This document shows positions 1-9,617 of a DNA stretch of 64,000 nucleotides, piece after piece; position 1 is the first letter of the stretch; each line of letters opens with the position of its first letter. The stretch is from an uncultured bacterium. GTDB lineage: Bacteria > Krumholzibacteriota > Krumholzibacteriia > LZORAL124-64-63. The notes beneath the pieces were generated by a model, which saw only the letters and a program-made list of their open reading frames with translations, was not told the DNA's origin and made no database searches. A program made the position numbers and the translations under genes. The DNA is taken from NCBI GenBank assembly GCA_963727525.1, contig CAVSGO010000005.1, positions 640,001 to 704,000 of the forward strand. The letters run 5' to 3'.

Positions 1-2793
1 GGCGAGCGCCACGTGACCGCTGATGGTGGCCGTGGCCGGTACCTGGACGGCGAGCAGGAAGGCGAGGGCATTCTCCACCAGGTCGCGTCCTGCCTGCGGA
101 TCGAGCGCCCCCGCGTTGCAGGCGAGGAAGACGGTCTGCGCCGACTGCGGGGCGGCGTCATCGTCGTGGATGAGCAAGCCGGCCGACGACGGGAAGCCGC
201 TCGGCACCAGGATCAGCTCGGCGTCGGCGGCGGGGTTGGCCGTATCCTGATCGTAGGTGTCCTGGTAGTCGAGGGCCAGGGGCAGCGGGATCACGTGCGG
301 ATAGTTGAGAAGGCGGTGCTCGCTCGCACCGGCGGCCGCCACCAGGGCGCCGCCGAAGTCGCTGTGCGAGCCGGTGGTATGCAGCACCTCCTGCGCGAAG
401 GTCGGAAAGCCCGACGAACCGTGGGCCAGGCGGGCCACCTCGCCGCCCTCGACGAGGAGCTTGCCGCCATCCTCGGCCCGCGCGATCAAGGACGCGCGCA
501 GGCCCGGGAGCGCCTCCAGAGACGTGGCCGTGCCGCCGGCGGTGTAGACCACGACCTGATACGGCGTGAGCGCCTCGGCGGTGACGTCGGCCGGCGCGAG
601 GGTGGTCACCTGGTAGCCGGCGTCGGCGAGCCACGTCGCGATAGGGCCACCGGCGTCGTCGATCACGCCCACTACGCCCGGCGCGTCGACCACGGTGAAG
701 GCATGAGGGCCGCTCACCGTGCTGTTGGGGACCAGTGCGACATCGTAGGCCGTGAGCGTGTAGGTCACGGCAGCGCCGGCGTGCAGATCGGCGACGGCGA
801 CCGGAAACTCGAGGGTGTAGGCGCCGCCGCTCTGGACCGCGAGGGTGTCCGGCCCCTGCGTGGCACCGCCGTCGATGGTCCAGGTGAGTTCCACGCGGTC
901 GATGCCGAGGTTGTCGTCGGCCAGCGCCACCACCTGCGGCGGCCAGGTGGTGAGGGGCTGATCGCCAAGGGGCTGATGCAGGAGCGTGGGCGGTACCGTG
1001 TCCACGTCCACGACGAAGGTGTGCAGGTGGCCGGGCGCGTCGGCGGGTGCGCGCATGGTGAGACCGCTGGCGTCGGTGACCTCGAGATAGTAGTCGACCG
1101 TCGTGCCGGCGGTCTGCCCCGGGATGAGGCCCGACCACGTGTCGCCGCCCTGCGCGGCGAACGCCGCGGTCTGCCAGGCGCCGCCGTTGCCGCGCCAGTG
1201 CAACGCCGCCTGCGCCGGCGCAAGAGGGAGCCGGTCGGTGACCGTGGCGACCACCGCATAGGGCCCGATGGTGTCTTCCGTGTCGATGAGCGGCTCGTGC
1301 GCGATATTCGGTCCCCAGTAGGTGACGGCGGCATAGGCATCGAGAATGCCCCAGCCGGTGTCGTTGTCGGGCGTGGTGGGGTGGCTCGATGTCTCGCGCA
1401 ACGCGTCGCGCACCTGGATCGGTGTGAGGAAGGGTGCGCGCGCGAGCACGAGCGCGGTCACGCCGGCGGCGAGCGGGCAGCTCAGACTGGTGCCGCTGGC
1501 CGAGGTGTAAGTGGAGTCGTTGGTGGAGGCCGCGCAGGGCACGCTCAGGCCGAGGGCAGCCACATCGGGCTTGATGCGTCCGTCGTACGTGGGCCCCGGC
1601 GACGAGAAACCCGCCACGTTGCCGTTGAGATCCACCGCGCCCACGGTCACCACGCTGTCGCCGTCGGCAGGCGCGATGATGTGGCCGAAGTGGCCGCCGC
1701 CGCGCTCGTTGCCGGCGGAGTTCACCACGCATACGCCCAGGCTCACCGCAATGTCAGCCGCTATGGTGGTGACGGCCGTGTTGCCATCCAGGTCCGCGAA
1801 GGTGTACCAGTCGGAGTAGCCCAGGCTGCTGGACACGACATCGGCACCGAGCGACTCGAGCCACTCCAGGCCAGCCACCCAGTAGTCTTCCTCGATCGGC
1901 ACCTCCTGGCTGGTGTCCTCGGTCTTGGCGAGGATCACCGAGGCGCCGTACGCGGGGCCCACCACGTGGCCCGGCGCGAAGCCCATGAGCGTGGAGCACG
2001 TCTTGGTGCCGTGGTCGAACTGGCCGTTGGGATCGCCTGGCTCGTCGTTCACGTCGTCGTCGCCATTGATGAAGTCGTGGGTGGCGATGATGGGCAAGTG
2101 GGCGAGCGCGTCATGGGTGGTGCGGAAGCCGGTGTCGAGCATGCCGACAACGACGCCGCTGCCGTCGAACCCCAGCTCGTGCACGAAGGGCACGTCGATC
2201 TGCATGAGGCCGGCCAGGCTCGAGCCGTAGTCGAGCGTCCACTCCGTCGCGCTCTTCGCACGCAGGCGCGCGTTGGCCTCGCGCAGGGCCGCGAGGTCGG
2301 CCGGCGTGACGGGCGGCGGCGCCGGTCGCCGCGTGCGGGCCACGAGATCGATTCGCGTCACGCACGCGAGGTTGGCGATGCGGGCGATCTGGGCCGGCGA
2401 GGCGTCCACGCTCAGCGCGTCGAGCCAGCGGCTGCGCTGGCGCTCGCGCGCACCGGTGGCCAGCACCTGCGCCACGTAGGTCGCCGAAAGAGGCAGGTCG
2501 GTCGCGGTGACGAGAGCAGCGCCGCTGCGTGCCATCTTCTCCCGACGTTGCCGGGCGCGGGGCGAGAGAGCGACCTCGGCAACGGCCAGGGCGCGCGGCA
2601 TGGCGCCCGAGGCCACACCCTTGTCGGCAAACGTCACCCACAAGGCGTAGCTGCCATCGGCGCTGCGCCAGGGGTTGGTCGGCGTGGCGAGCGCCTGTTC
2701 CAGGCGCGGCGCGATGACGGGCGCCGGGTGGGCAGCGGCCGACCCGGTCAGGATCCCGGCGAGGATGGCGATGCGGTAAATCCATCTGGCCAT
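1..2793 (-). CDS. Secreted S8 (subtilisin-like) serine peptidase, 3'-truncated by the window edge
   Basis: Not in the ORF track because it has no stop in the window. Read by hand from ATG at 2793: signal peptide MARWIYRIAILAGILTGSAAA, then motifs GMLDTGF, HGTK, DGRIKPDV, GTSLS. Paralog of 20646..24362. Confidence 0.9.
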   Translation of the reverse strand, partial: MARWIYRIAILAGILTGSAAAHPAPVIAPRLEQALATPTNPWRSADGSYALWVTFADKGVASGAMPRALAVAEVALSPRARQRREKMARSGAALVTATDLPLSATYVAQVLATGARERQRSRWLDALSVDASPAQIARIANLACVTRIDLVARTRRPAPPPVTPADLAALREANARLRAKSATEWTLDYGSSLAGLMQIDVPFVHELGFDGSGVVVGMLDTGFRTTHDALAHLPIIATHDFINGDDDVNDEPGDPNGQFDHGTKTCSTLMGFAPGHVVGPAYGASVILAKTEDTSQEVPIEEDYWVAGLEWLESLGADVVSSSLGYSDWYTFADLDGNTAVTTIAADIAVSLGVCVVNSAGNERGGGHFGHIIAPADGDSVVTVGAVDLNGNVAGFSSPGPTYDGRIKPDVAALGLSVPCAASTNDSTYTSASGTSLSCPLAAGVTALVLARAPFLTPIQVRDALRETSSHPTTPDNDTGWGILDAYAAVTYWGPNIAHEPLIDTEDTIGPYAVVATVTDRLPLAPAQAALHWRGNGGAWQTAAFAAQGGDTWSGLIPGQTAGTTVDYYLEVTDASGLTMRAPADAPGHLHTFVVDVDTVPPTLLHQPLGDQPLTTWPPQVVALADDNLGIDRVELTWTIDGGATQGPDTLAVQSGGAYTLEFPVAVADLHAGAAVTYTLTAYDVALVPNSTVSGPHAFTVVDAPGVVGVIDDAGGPIATWLADAGYQVTTLAPADVTAEALTPYQVVVYTAGGTATSLEALPGLRASLIARAEDGGKLLVEGGEVARLAHGSSGFPTFAQEVLHTTGSHSDFGGALVAAAGASEHRLLNYPHVIPLPLALDYQDTYDQDTANPAADAELILVPSGFPSSAGLLIHDDDAAPQSAQTVFLACNAGALDPQAGRDLVENALAFLLAVQVPATATISGHVALA

Positions 2794-2997
2794 AAGACAT
2801 GCGTCCGGTTCAGAGCCCTGCCGTCCCGGTCGGGATGACCGGGCGACTGTCTCAATATGCGGAATCGTCCTCGATCATACCACAGCGGGTCTCTGCGAAT
2901 CAGGGAACCCCGAGCCCGGGCCCGGAATATACGCGCGGAGTCATGAATCCCGACCGCGGCGCCCACAGGCCGCGGAACCATCATCGCGAGGTTTGCC

Positions 2998-3498
2998 ATG
3001 CATTCCCAAGCCATGGACCCCACCGAGATCGAATCCCTACTGGCCGCCCTCGACAACAAGGATGGCCTCAGGCGCCAGGAGGCGCGCGCGGCGTTGCTCG
3101 CGATAGGACGCAGCGTGACGCCGCACCTGCTCCCCCTCCTCACCCACCGACACACCCATGTGCGCTGGGAAGCCGCGAAGACCCTCGCCACGCTGGCCGA
3201 TCCGGCCGCCGTGCCTGGTCTGATCCAGTGCCTCGTCGACGAGGATCCCGACGTGCGCTGGCTCGCGGCCGAGGGCCTCGCCGCGATCGGGCGCCCGGCG
3301 CTGGCGCCTCTCCTGGAGACCCTGATCATCAAGGGCGACCATCCCGACGTGCGCGATGGCGTACACCATGTACTGCACGACCTCGAAGACCCGGAACTTC
3401 GCCGGCTCGTGGCGCCGGTCTACGACGAACTCTCGGGTATCGAGGCGTCGGTCGACTCGATCGTGGCCGCCGAGCATGTCCTCAAGTTATTGGCCTAG
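2998..3498 (+). CDS. HEAT/PBS-lyase repeat protein
   Basis: Repeats such as VRWEAAKTLA and VRWLAAEGLAAIG; start could be ATG 3013. Confidence 0.85.
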   Translation: MHSQAMDPTEIESLLAALDNKDGLRRQEARAALLAIGRSVTPHLLPLLTHRHTHVRWEAAKTLATLADPAAVPGLIQCLVDEDPDVRWLAAEGLAAIGRPALAPLLETLIIKGDHPDVRDGVHHVLHDLEDPELRRLVAPVYDELSGIEASVDSIVAAEHVLKLLA

Positions 3499-3588
3499 CC
3501 ACTGAAAGAAGGCTATCATGGAAACGCCGCGGCCCGCACCGGGACTTCGCGGCGTCCGCTCGCGAATCCTTCCAGGAGATCATCCGGC

Positions 3589-4524
3589 ATGCCCCAGCCC
3601 CGCATCGGTCTGGCACTCGGTAGCGGTGGAGCACGTGGACTCGCGCACTGCGGCGTGCTGCGCGCGTTCGAGGAGGCCGGCATCCGGCCCAACGTCGTGG
3701 CCGGCACGAGCATGGGCGCCATCGTCGGTGCGCTCTATGCCCAGGAGCCCAATGCCGCGAGCGTGTGGCGCAAGCTGCAGACGTACGTCGAAGACGAGCG
3801 CTTCGCCTCCTACTGGGCCGCCTTTGGACCGCGTCACGACGGCGACGACGAGGAGCCGCACTGGTCGTGGGGCACGCTCTTCGACTACATGCAGCGCGGC
3901 CGCGCGGCGGTACGCGCCCTGTCGACGATCTCGGCGGAGCGGCGCGAGAGGCTATGGGATCCCCTGGCCAAGCTCTTCCGTGACACGCCGCGCTTCGACC
4001 AGCTCGCGCTGCCGTTCGCGGCCGTCGGACTCGACCTCGTGGCTGGTGAGAATGTCACCTTCACACGTGGCTCCGTCGTGGAGGCGCTCTACGCGAGCTG
4101 CGCCATCCCCGGGGTCTTTCCGCCCATCGAACGCGACGGGCAGGTCCTCGTGGACGGGGGCGGGCCATATCGCGTGCCGGTGGAGGCGTGCCGCAGCCTG
4201 GGCGCCGAGTTCGTGGTGGCGGTCGACATCCCGGCCTATCACGACTCGAAGCTGAACAACGGGCTCGACCTCACCATCCGGAGCAACGCCATCGCGCTGG
4301 ATCGCCTCAACGAGTTCGTCTGCGCCACGGCGGACACCGTGGTGCGTCCCGAGGTGGCAAGCATCCACTGGGCCGACTTCCGCTCGGGTACCAGGTGTCG
4401 CGACCTGGGATACGCTGCGGCCATGGCCAGCATCCCCGACATGCACAGCGAGCTGGCAATGCGGTCGAGCCTGACCGGCGGTTTCCAGCGCCTCCTCGAC
4501 CGGCTTCCGCGCCTCCTCGTCTGA
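3589..4524 (+). CDS. Patatin-like phospholipase
   Basis: GSGGARG, GTSMG and DGG motifs; AGGAG RBS upstream. Confidence 0.92.
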   Translation: MPQPRIGLALGSGGARGLAHCGVLRAFEEAGIRPNVVAGTSMGAIVGALYAQEPNAASVWRKLQTYVEDERFASYWAAFGPRHDGDDEEPHWSWGTLFDYMQRGRAAVRALSTISAERRERLWDPLAKLFRDTPRFDQLALPFAAVGLDLVAGENVTFTRGSVVEALYASCAIPGVFPPIERDGQVLVDGGGPYRVPVEACRSLGAEFVVAVDIPAYHDSKLNNGLDLTIRSNAIALDRLNEFVCATADTVVRPEVASIHWADFRSGTRCRDLGYAAAMASIPDMHSELAMRSSLTGGFQRLLDRLPRLLV

Positions 4525-4695
4525 GCCGAACATCGCGCCAAACTCACCGCTTCAGGTCCTATCGAGACGTACCGAAATCGCCCTTGCGCGCAGGACGTTC
4601 GCACATATTATATGCCGGCTCCAGCGGAGCCATGGTCGGGGGCGAGCCAGCCGGACGATGCCCCACCTTTCGAGCGGTGAACCAGGAGGTTCCCC

Positions 4696-5079
4696 ATGCA
4701 GAAGCTAAACCTCGAGCACTTCCGCGAGATCCTTCTCGTCGAGAAGATGCGTTTGCTCAAGAGCGTCAAGCGTGGCGTCAAGGCGATCGCGCACGACGAT
4801 AACGAGTCCGAGTCGACCAGCGGACGCGCCCACAGCAACCACCTCGCCGACCAGGGCAGTGACGAGGCCGAATACGAGACGCAACTCCTGCTGTCGGCGA
4901 GCCAGGCCCAGTATCTGCGCGAGATCGAGGCCGCGCTCGAGCGTATCGAGGACGGCACGTACGGGATCTGCGAGATGACCGGCAACCCGATCAACGCCGA
5001 TCGGCTCGAGGCCATGCCCACGGCACGGCTCTGCATCGAGGCTCAGGAAGAAGAAGAGCGGCGCGCGTACGGCACCTAG
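4696..5079 (+). CDS. TraR/DksA family RNA polymerase-binding regulator
   Basis: Coiled coil, IEAALERIEDGTYGICE and RLEAMPTARLC; AGGAGG RBS. Confidence 0.9.
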   Translation: MQKLNLEHFREILLVEKMRLLKSVKRGVKAIAHDDNESESTSGRAHSNHLADQGSDEAEYETQLLLSASQAQYLREIEAALERIEDGTYGICEMTGNPINADRLEAMPTARLCIEAQEEEERRAYGT

Positions 5080-5104
5080 CCGGCGCGACATCGTTGATAC
5101 ACGC

Positions 5105-5137
5105 GACACGGCCGCCGGGTATCCCGGCGGCCGTGTC
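5105..5137. terminator. Perfect 15-bp inverted repeat, probable bidirectional terminator
   Basis: gacacggccgccggg-tat-cccggcggccgtgtc between convergent genes. Confidence 0.7.
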
Positions 5138-5164
5138 CATCTTCGGCAAGCGTGGTCGAGAAAC

Positions 5165-6685
5165 TCAGCGGCGCAGGAACTGGGCGATGGGGATGCCGCC
5201 CACCCCCGACCAGCTGGGCTCACGCCAGGCCAGCACATCGTGGCACTTGTCGCAGTCCTGACCGATCGTCTGCCCGTCGCTACTCGTGTGCTCCTCGTCG
5301 TGACAGCGGAAACAGCCACCCGTGCCCAGCTCGCCGTCATCCGTGAAGTGCGACAGATTGCTGCGGTAGGTGCCCCAGGTGATCTTCATGTTCGGCCAGA
5401 CGTTCTCGTCGATGAGCGCGGCCAGTTCCCGCGCGGTGGCCGGCAACTCCTTCTCGAGGGCCGCGACGTCTTCAGGATGGTCGGTCTGGTAGATGCTGCG
5501 CAGCTTGTCGGAGACGAGCTGGGCCGTTTGCCCCTCCACCGGCTCCACCTCGCGTAGCACGACCTCGCCTTCCTTGCGCAGCCAGCGCAGCGTCGTGTCG
5601 AGACGCCCCGTGGCGAACGCGATGTCGAGCGCACGCGCCGGCAGATCGTAGATGTGGGTGGGGCGGTTGTGGCAGTCGAGGCAATCCATCACGCGCCATG
5701 TGCCCTGGGTGGAGTCGGGATCGGCGCCTTCCTTGAGATACCGGATCTCGCCCTCGGGCGTGGTCTGCACCACCTCCGCGATGTCATGCCGCTCATTGTC
5801 CGTGTACCGATACCGCACCTGGTTCTGCGGCGCCACGTGCCAGTGAATACCGCGCGCCGTATTCAGCTTGCCCGGCGCCTCGGGACCGCCGATGTGCACG
5901 ACGAGGGCCGTCACCGTCTCGGTGTTGTTCTCATCCGACTCGTAGTGCTTGCGTGTGACGAGCTGCGAGCCGTGGAACTGCTGCGGCGCGTGGCAGACCT
6001 CGCACGTCTCACGCGCGGGACGCAGGTTTTCCACCGGCGTGGGGATGGGCGTGTCGTACGTGTGCGTGAGCACGGCGTACACCTGGCGCAGCCCCGACAG
6101 CTTCGACCGCACGAACCACGAGGCTCCCGGTCCGATGTGGCACGACACGCAGTGCACGTTCGAGTGCGGCGACCGCGCGTGGGCCGACGCCTCCGGTGCC
6201 ATCACCTTGTGGCACACGACGGAACAGAACTGGTTCGAGTCGGTGAAATTGTAGGCCTCGTAGCTGAACAGCCCCAGTCCGAACATCACGGCGATCGACA
6301 CGATGCCCACGACCACGGCGCGGCGGGCCAGGGTGGCGCCACCGATCTCCACCGCGTGCACGTGCTTGTCGCCACGCGCGATACGCCGGCGTCGCAAGAA
6401 GTTGCCCAGCAGCACCAGCCCCAGGCCTGCGAGCAGCAGGGCGGGCAGCAGCATGAAGGCGACGAGGTCCACGTAGGGATTCGACTCGCGACCGAGCAGG
6501 ACGTTGAAAACGAAGAGGACGAACATCGCGGCCATCAGCATGACGATGGTAATCATCACCATGCTGCCGACGGCGCTGATCCAGTTGCTCCAGAACAGAG
6601 GCAGCTTGCCCGTGAACCAACGCTGCAGGCGCCGTCCTCCCGAACCGCCGTCGCTCCGCGTGCCGCCATCCCGTGTCTTGGCCAT
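5165..6685 (-). CDS. Membrane-anchored multiheme cytochrome c (NapC/NirT-like N-terminal part)
   Basis: Three N-terminal TM helices; heme motifs CSVVCH, CVSCH, CEVCH, CLDCH, CFRCH, CDKCH; GGAGG RBS before ATG 6685. Confidence 0.9.
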   Translation of the reverse strand: MAKTRDGGTRSDGGSGGRRLQRWFTGKLPLFWSNWISAVGSMVMITIVMLMAAMFVLFVFNVLLGRESNPYVDLVAFMLLPALLLAGLGLVLLGNFLRRRRIARGDKHVHAVEIGGATLARRAVVVGIVSIAVMFGLGLFSYEAYNFTDSNQFCSVVCHKVMAPEASAHARSPHSNVHCVSCHIGPGASWFVRSKLSGLRQVYAVLTHTYDTPIPTPVENLRPARETCEVCHAPQQFHGSQLVTRKHYESDENNTETVTALVVHIGGPEAPGKLNTARGIHWHVAPQNQVRYRYTDNERHDIAEVVQTTPEGEIRYLKEGADPDSTQGTWRVMDCLDCHNRPTHIYDLPARALDIAFATGRLDTTLRWLRKEGEVVLREVEPVEGQTAQLVSDKLRSIYQTDHPEDVAALEKELPATARELAALIDENVWPNMKITWGTYRSNLSHFTDDGELGTGGCFRCHDEEHTSSDGQTIGQDCDKCHDVLAWREPSWSGVGGIPIAQFLRR

Positions 6686-6837
6686 CTCTTCCTCCCACGT
6701 CCCACATGTCCTGGCGATCTGAAGGGAAGCTAACCAACGAAGCGAACCGATCAAAGGAGAATCCCGGGGCCGCTTGCCGCAGCCCGTCGACGATGCTATC
6801 TGGTGAGGACCGTTCCCGTCAAACCCGGAGGCAGATC

Positions 6838-7266
6838 ATGATCGTCAGGATCACCGGCGTCACCACCGCCAAGACCACCACTCGTCTCGTCCACGAAGAT
6901 TCCGGCTCGGTTCTCCAGACCATGGCCCCGCGGGACAACGGCGGCGAGGGTCGGCTCTTCTCGCCCACCGATCTCTGCGCCGCGTCCCTGGGCTCCTGCG
7001 GCACGACGATCATGCACATGTTCGCCCACAACACGGGCATCGGGGTTACCGGCATCGCGTTCACCGTGGACAAGGAGATGTCCGCGAATCCCCGGCGGAT
7101 CGGCCGTTTGCGGGTGCGCTACGAGATCGCCACGGATTGCAGCGAGGGCGACTTCCGCAAGATCGTCGCCGCCGGCAAGGGATGCCCGATCCGGCGTTCC
7201 CTGCACCCCGACGTGGTGCTCGAGGAAGAATACGTGCGCGTCGCGCCCGGTACAGCGGGCGATTGA
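6838..7266 (+). CDS. OsmC/Ohr family protein
   Basis: APRDNGGEG..FSPTDL..SLGSC..CPIRRSLHP; GGAGG RBS. Confidence 0.9.
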   Translation: MIVRITGVTTAKTTTRLVHEDSGSVLQTMAPRDNGGEGRLFSPTDLCAASLGSCGTTIMHMFAHNTGIGVTGIAFTVDKEMSANPRRIGRLRVRYEIATDCSEGDFRKIVAAGKGCPIRRSLHPDVVLEEEYVRVAPGTAGD

Positions 7267-7304
7267 TCCGGGCGGCGGGCGCGCGGCGCGACTATCGTGA
7301 GCAC

Positions 7305-8576
7305 ATGCGGCGGTTTTCAGGCATCGTCGTGATGATCCTCGTCACCGCGCTCGCAGGCGGCTGCGGCGACGAGCATTCCCCGACGACGCCGCACGTCGGT
7401 ACCCCGACCATCGAGATCACGGTGCGCGATCGCGACACGGAGGCCACGGTAGCCGGCGTGAAGATCGTGCTCTTCGATGACGCCCAGCACGTCGTCGGCG
7501 GGCCGTCCGTGAGCGACACGACGGGCCGCTGCCGGTTCGCGTGGTCCGACCCCTCGGCGAGCATGCGGGTGCTGGCGCTTCCGGGCGACAGCCTGCGCGT
7601 CATCGCGGTTCCCGCGCCTTTCACGCCGGATGCCGCACACAACACAGCGACCATCACCGTGGCCCCCCTGGGCCAGCCGGCCGGCCTGCCGCGCATCACC
7701 GGCCACATCGTCGACGCCGATACGGGCGAGCCGCTCGCCGCCGCCTTCGTGAGCCTCTCACCGTTCCTGTCGGGCTTCCTGGGCTGGGCCGACGCCACCG
7801 ACGACGTGACGCTCGACGACGGGGTCTTTGCGGTGAGCGATATCCCGTTCGCGATCGATCCGGTCTCCGGCAACATCGACCAGCTCATCCCCCTGGTCAT
7901 CACGCATGACGGCTACGAGCCGCGCCTCTGGAGCCACCACCCGCGCCCCGGCGACCTGAACGTGGACATCCGCGATGTCGTGATCGCACTCTCGCCCGCC
8001 CCATCCGGTACGGGGCGCCTCATCGGGCGCGTGCTCTCGGGCACGCAACCGGTGCCGGATCTCCTCGTCGGGCTGGGCGGTCTGGGCGACGGTGATCTGG
8101 CCGCGAAGGCTGCCGGCTGGCCGGGACACGTGACCCGCACCGACCAGGAGGGCGCGTTCGCGTTCGCCGAGCTGCCGCCGGGGCGCTACGTGGTGCAGCC
8201 GGCCTTCACGGTGGGCGACGGCTGGGCTTTCCCCACGCAGCCGGGCAACGTGCCGCACGCCGTGGCGGACAGCATCGTCGTGGATGCCGGCGATCTCCAG
8301 GTGGTGCCCACGATCACGGCGATTGCGCCGGCCGACACGACCATTGCTGCCGCCGATCTCGTCTTTCGCTGGAGCCTGCCCGGGGACGTGGCGGTGGACA
8401 CCTTCGCCATCTACCTCGACGGTCAGCGCCTCGCCAGGACGGCGGCGACGCGCTACGCGCCACCCCGCGGCGACATCGCGACGGGGTGGCACGCATGGTA
8501 TGTCCACGGTCTGAGTGCGCAGAACGAATTGCTCGCGAGTCAGGAGAATGCCTCGTGGTTCGCGATCGCGCCGTGA
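7305..8576 (+). CDS. Lipoprotein with carboxypeptidase-regulatory-like (prealbumin-fold) domains
   Basis: Lipobox LAGGC; ITGHIVDADTGEPL and TDQEGAFAFAELPPGRY. Confidence 0.7.
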   Translation: MRRFSGIVVMILVTALAGGCGDEHSPTTPHVGTPTIEITVRDRDTEATVAGVKIVLFDDAQHVVGGPSVSDTTGRCRFAWSDPSASMRVLALPGDSLRVIAVPAPFTPDAAHNTATITVAPLGQPAGLPRITGHIVDADTGEPLAAAFVSLSPFLSGFLGWADATDDVTLDDGVFAVSDIPFAIDPVSGNIDQLIPLVITHDGYEPRLWSHHPRPGDLNVDIRDVVIALSPAPSGTGRLIGRVLSGTQPVPDLLVGLGGLGDGDLAAKAAGWPGHVTRTDQEGAFAFAELPPGRYVVQPAFTVGDGWAFPTQPGNVPHAVADSIVVDAGDLQVVPTITAIAPADTTIAAADLVFRWSLPGDVAVDTFAIYLDGQRLARTAATRYAPPRGDIATGWHAWYVHGLSAQNELLASQENASWFAIAP

Positions 8577-8586
8577 GCCGGCGCCT

Positions 8587-9255
8587 CTACTTCCCGCCGT
8601 CCCGGTGGTTGCCGAGCATCGACTTGCTATCAGGCTGCGGTTGCTTCGGTGGGGAACCCATGGGATTGCTGGTCGGCATGTCCCCCATGCCGTGCATCGG
8701 CACCATTGCCGTGTAGGTGACGTCGGCCTTCTCGCCCGGCACGTGGCTGAGGGCCACCTCGGCGCGCATGCCGCCGGTCGCATCGGACATGTTCATCGCA
8801 CCGAACATGGCGTCCTGGGGCATCAACTTCATGCCGCCACACTGGGCGCAGGTGCCCGGTTCGAACTGGGTGGCATCGGGATGCATCGGGCAGAAATAGG
8901 CGGTGGGTTCGCCTTGCACCGCATCCTTGGGCTCGAGAGCGGCCTTGCGGACCGTGCCGTCGGCGAAACGCACGGTCACGGAGCCGGCAGCCTTGTCGAG
9001 GCGCATCGGCGCACCGTTGGCCGCGTAGGCGTAGACGCAGACGCCATCCGGGGTGGCCACCGTCTCGAACGAGCGGTCGCCCACCGTCATCATCGCGCCC
9101 CCGTGCCAGGCTTTGGCTTTGCCGGACATCGCGTCATGCTGGTGCATGGTGTCGTTCTTCATCTGTCCCATGTCGGTCTGGGCCGCGGCGGTCAGTCCCC
9201 AGGTGGCGGTCGCGAGCGCGAACGCCAGCATGAGGAGCTTGCTGTATTTCGTCAT
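8587..9255 (-). CDS. Secreted Met-rich heavy-metal-binding protein
   Basis: Signal peptide; heavy-metal-binding motif YFCPMHP..PGTCAQCGGMKL; Met/His-rich flanks. Confidence 0.8.
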   Translation of the reverse strand: MTKYSKLLMLAFALATATWGLTAAAQTDMGQMKNDTMHQHDAMSGKAKAWHGGAMMTVGDRSFETVATPDGVCVYAYAANGAPMRLDKAAGSVTVRFADGTVRKAALEPKDAVQGEPTAYFCPMHPDATQFEPGTCAQCGGMKLMPQDAMFGAMNMSDATGGMRAEVALSHVPGEKADVTYTAMVPMHGMGDMPTSNPMGSPPKQPQPDSKSMLGNHRDGGK

Positions 9256-9617
9256 GATCATCCTCTCTTCCTGTCGATCGGCCATCTCTTCCACAATCTC
9301 GCGGCGCGGCGCGCCACTGTCACCTGCGGTCGCCGGTTCTTCGCGTGGATGAAAGGAGACCGGGCCGGTGGAGTTCCCGCGCGAGGGCCAGCCAGCGGTC
9401 GCACCCTGGTCATTCGCCGCGGCAGCCTGCATCCCAAGATGCGTAGCGCCAACCTGTTCCGTGACAGGCGACCCCAGGATTGCCACCCCCATTGAATTGA
9501 ACTTCGGTCATATATTATAGTCGTTCGCGACATGCTCACCGAGTACCGCAGCCCCGCGGCTCGCGTGTCGACGCGCGGTGGCGCACCACCGTGTCCGCTT
9601 CATTCAGGGAGTAGGAA

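Noticed and set aside
13-2838. 941-aa plus-strand ORF
   Set aside because: Antisense shadow of the minus-strand S8 protease in the mirror frame; common in high-GC DNA
9320-9335. gcga(a)ccgcag shared upstream of the metal-binding gene and the Spy/ECF operon (~48330) as an ECF promoter
   Set aside because: Too short and GC-rich, with no matching -10 element at consistent spacing
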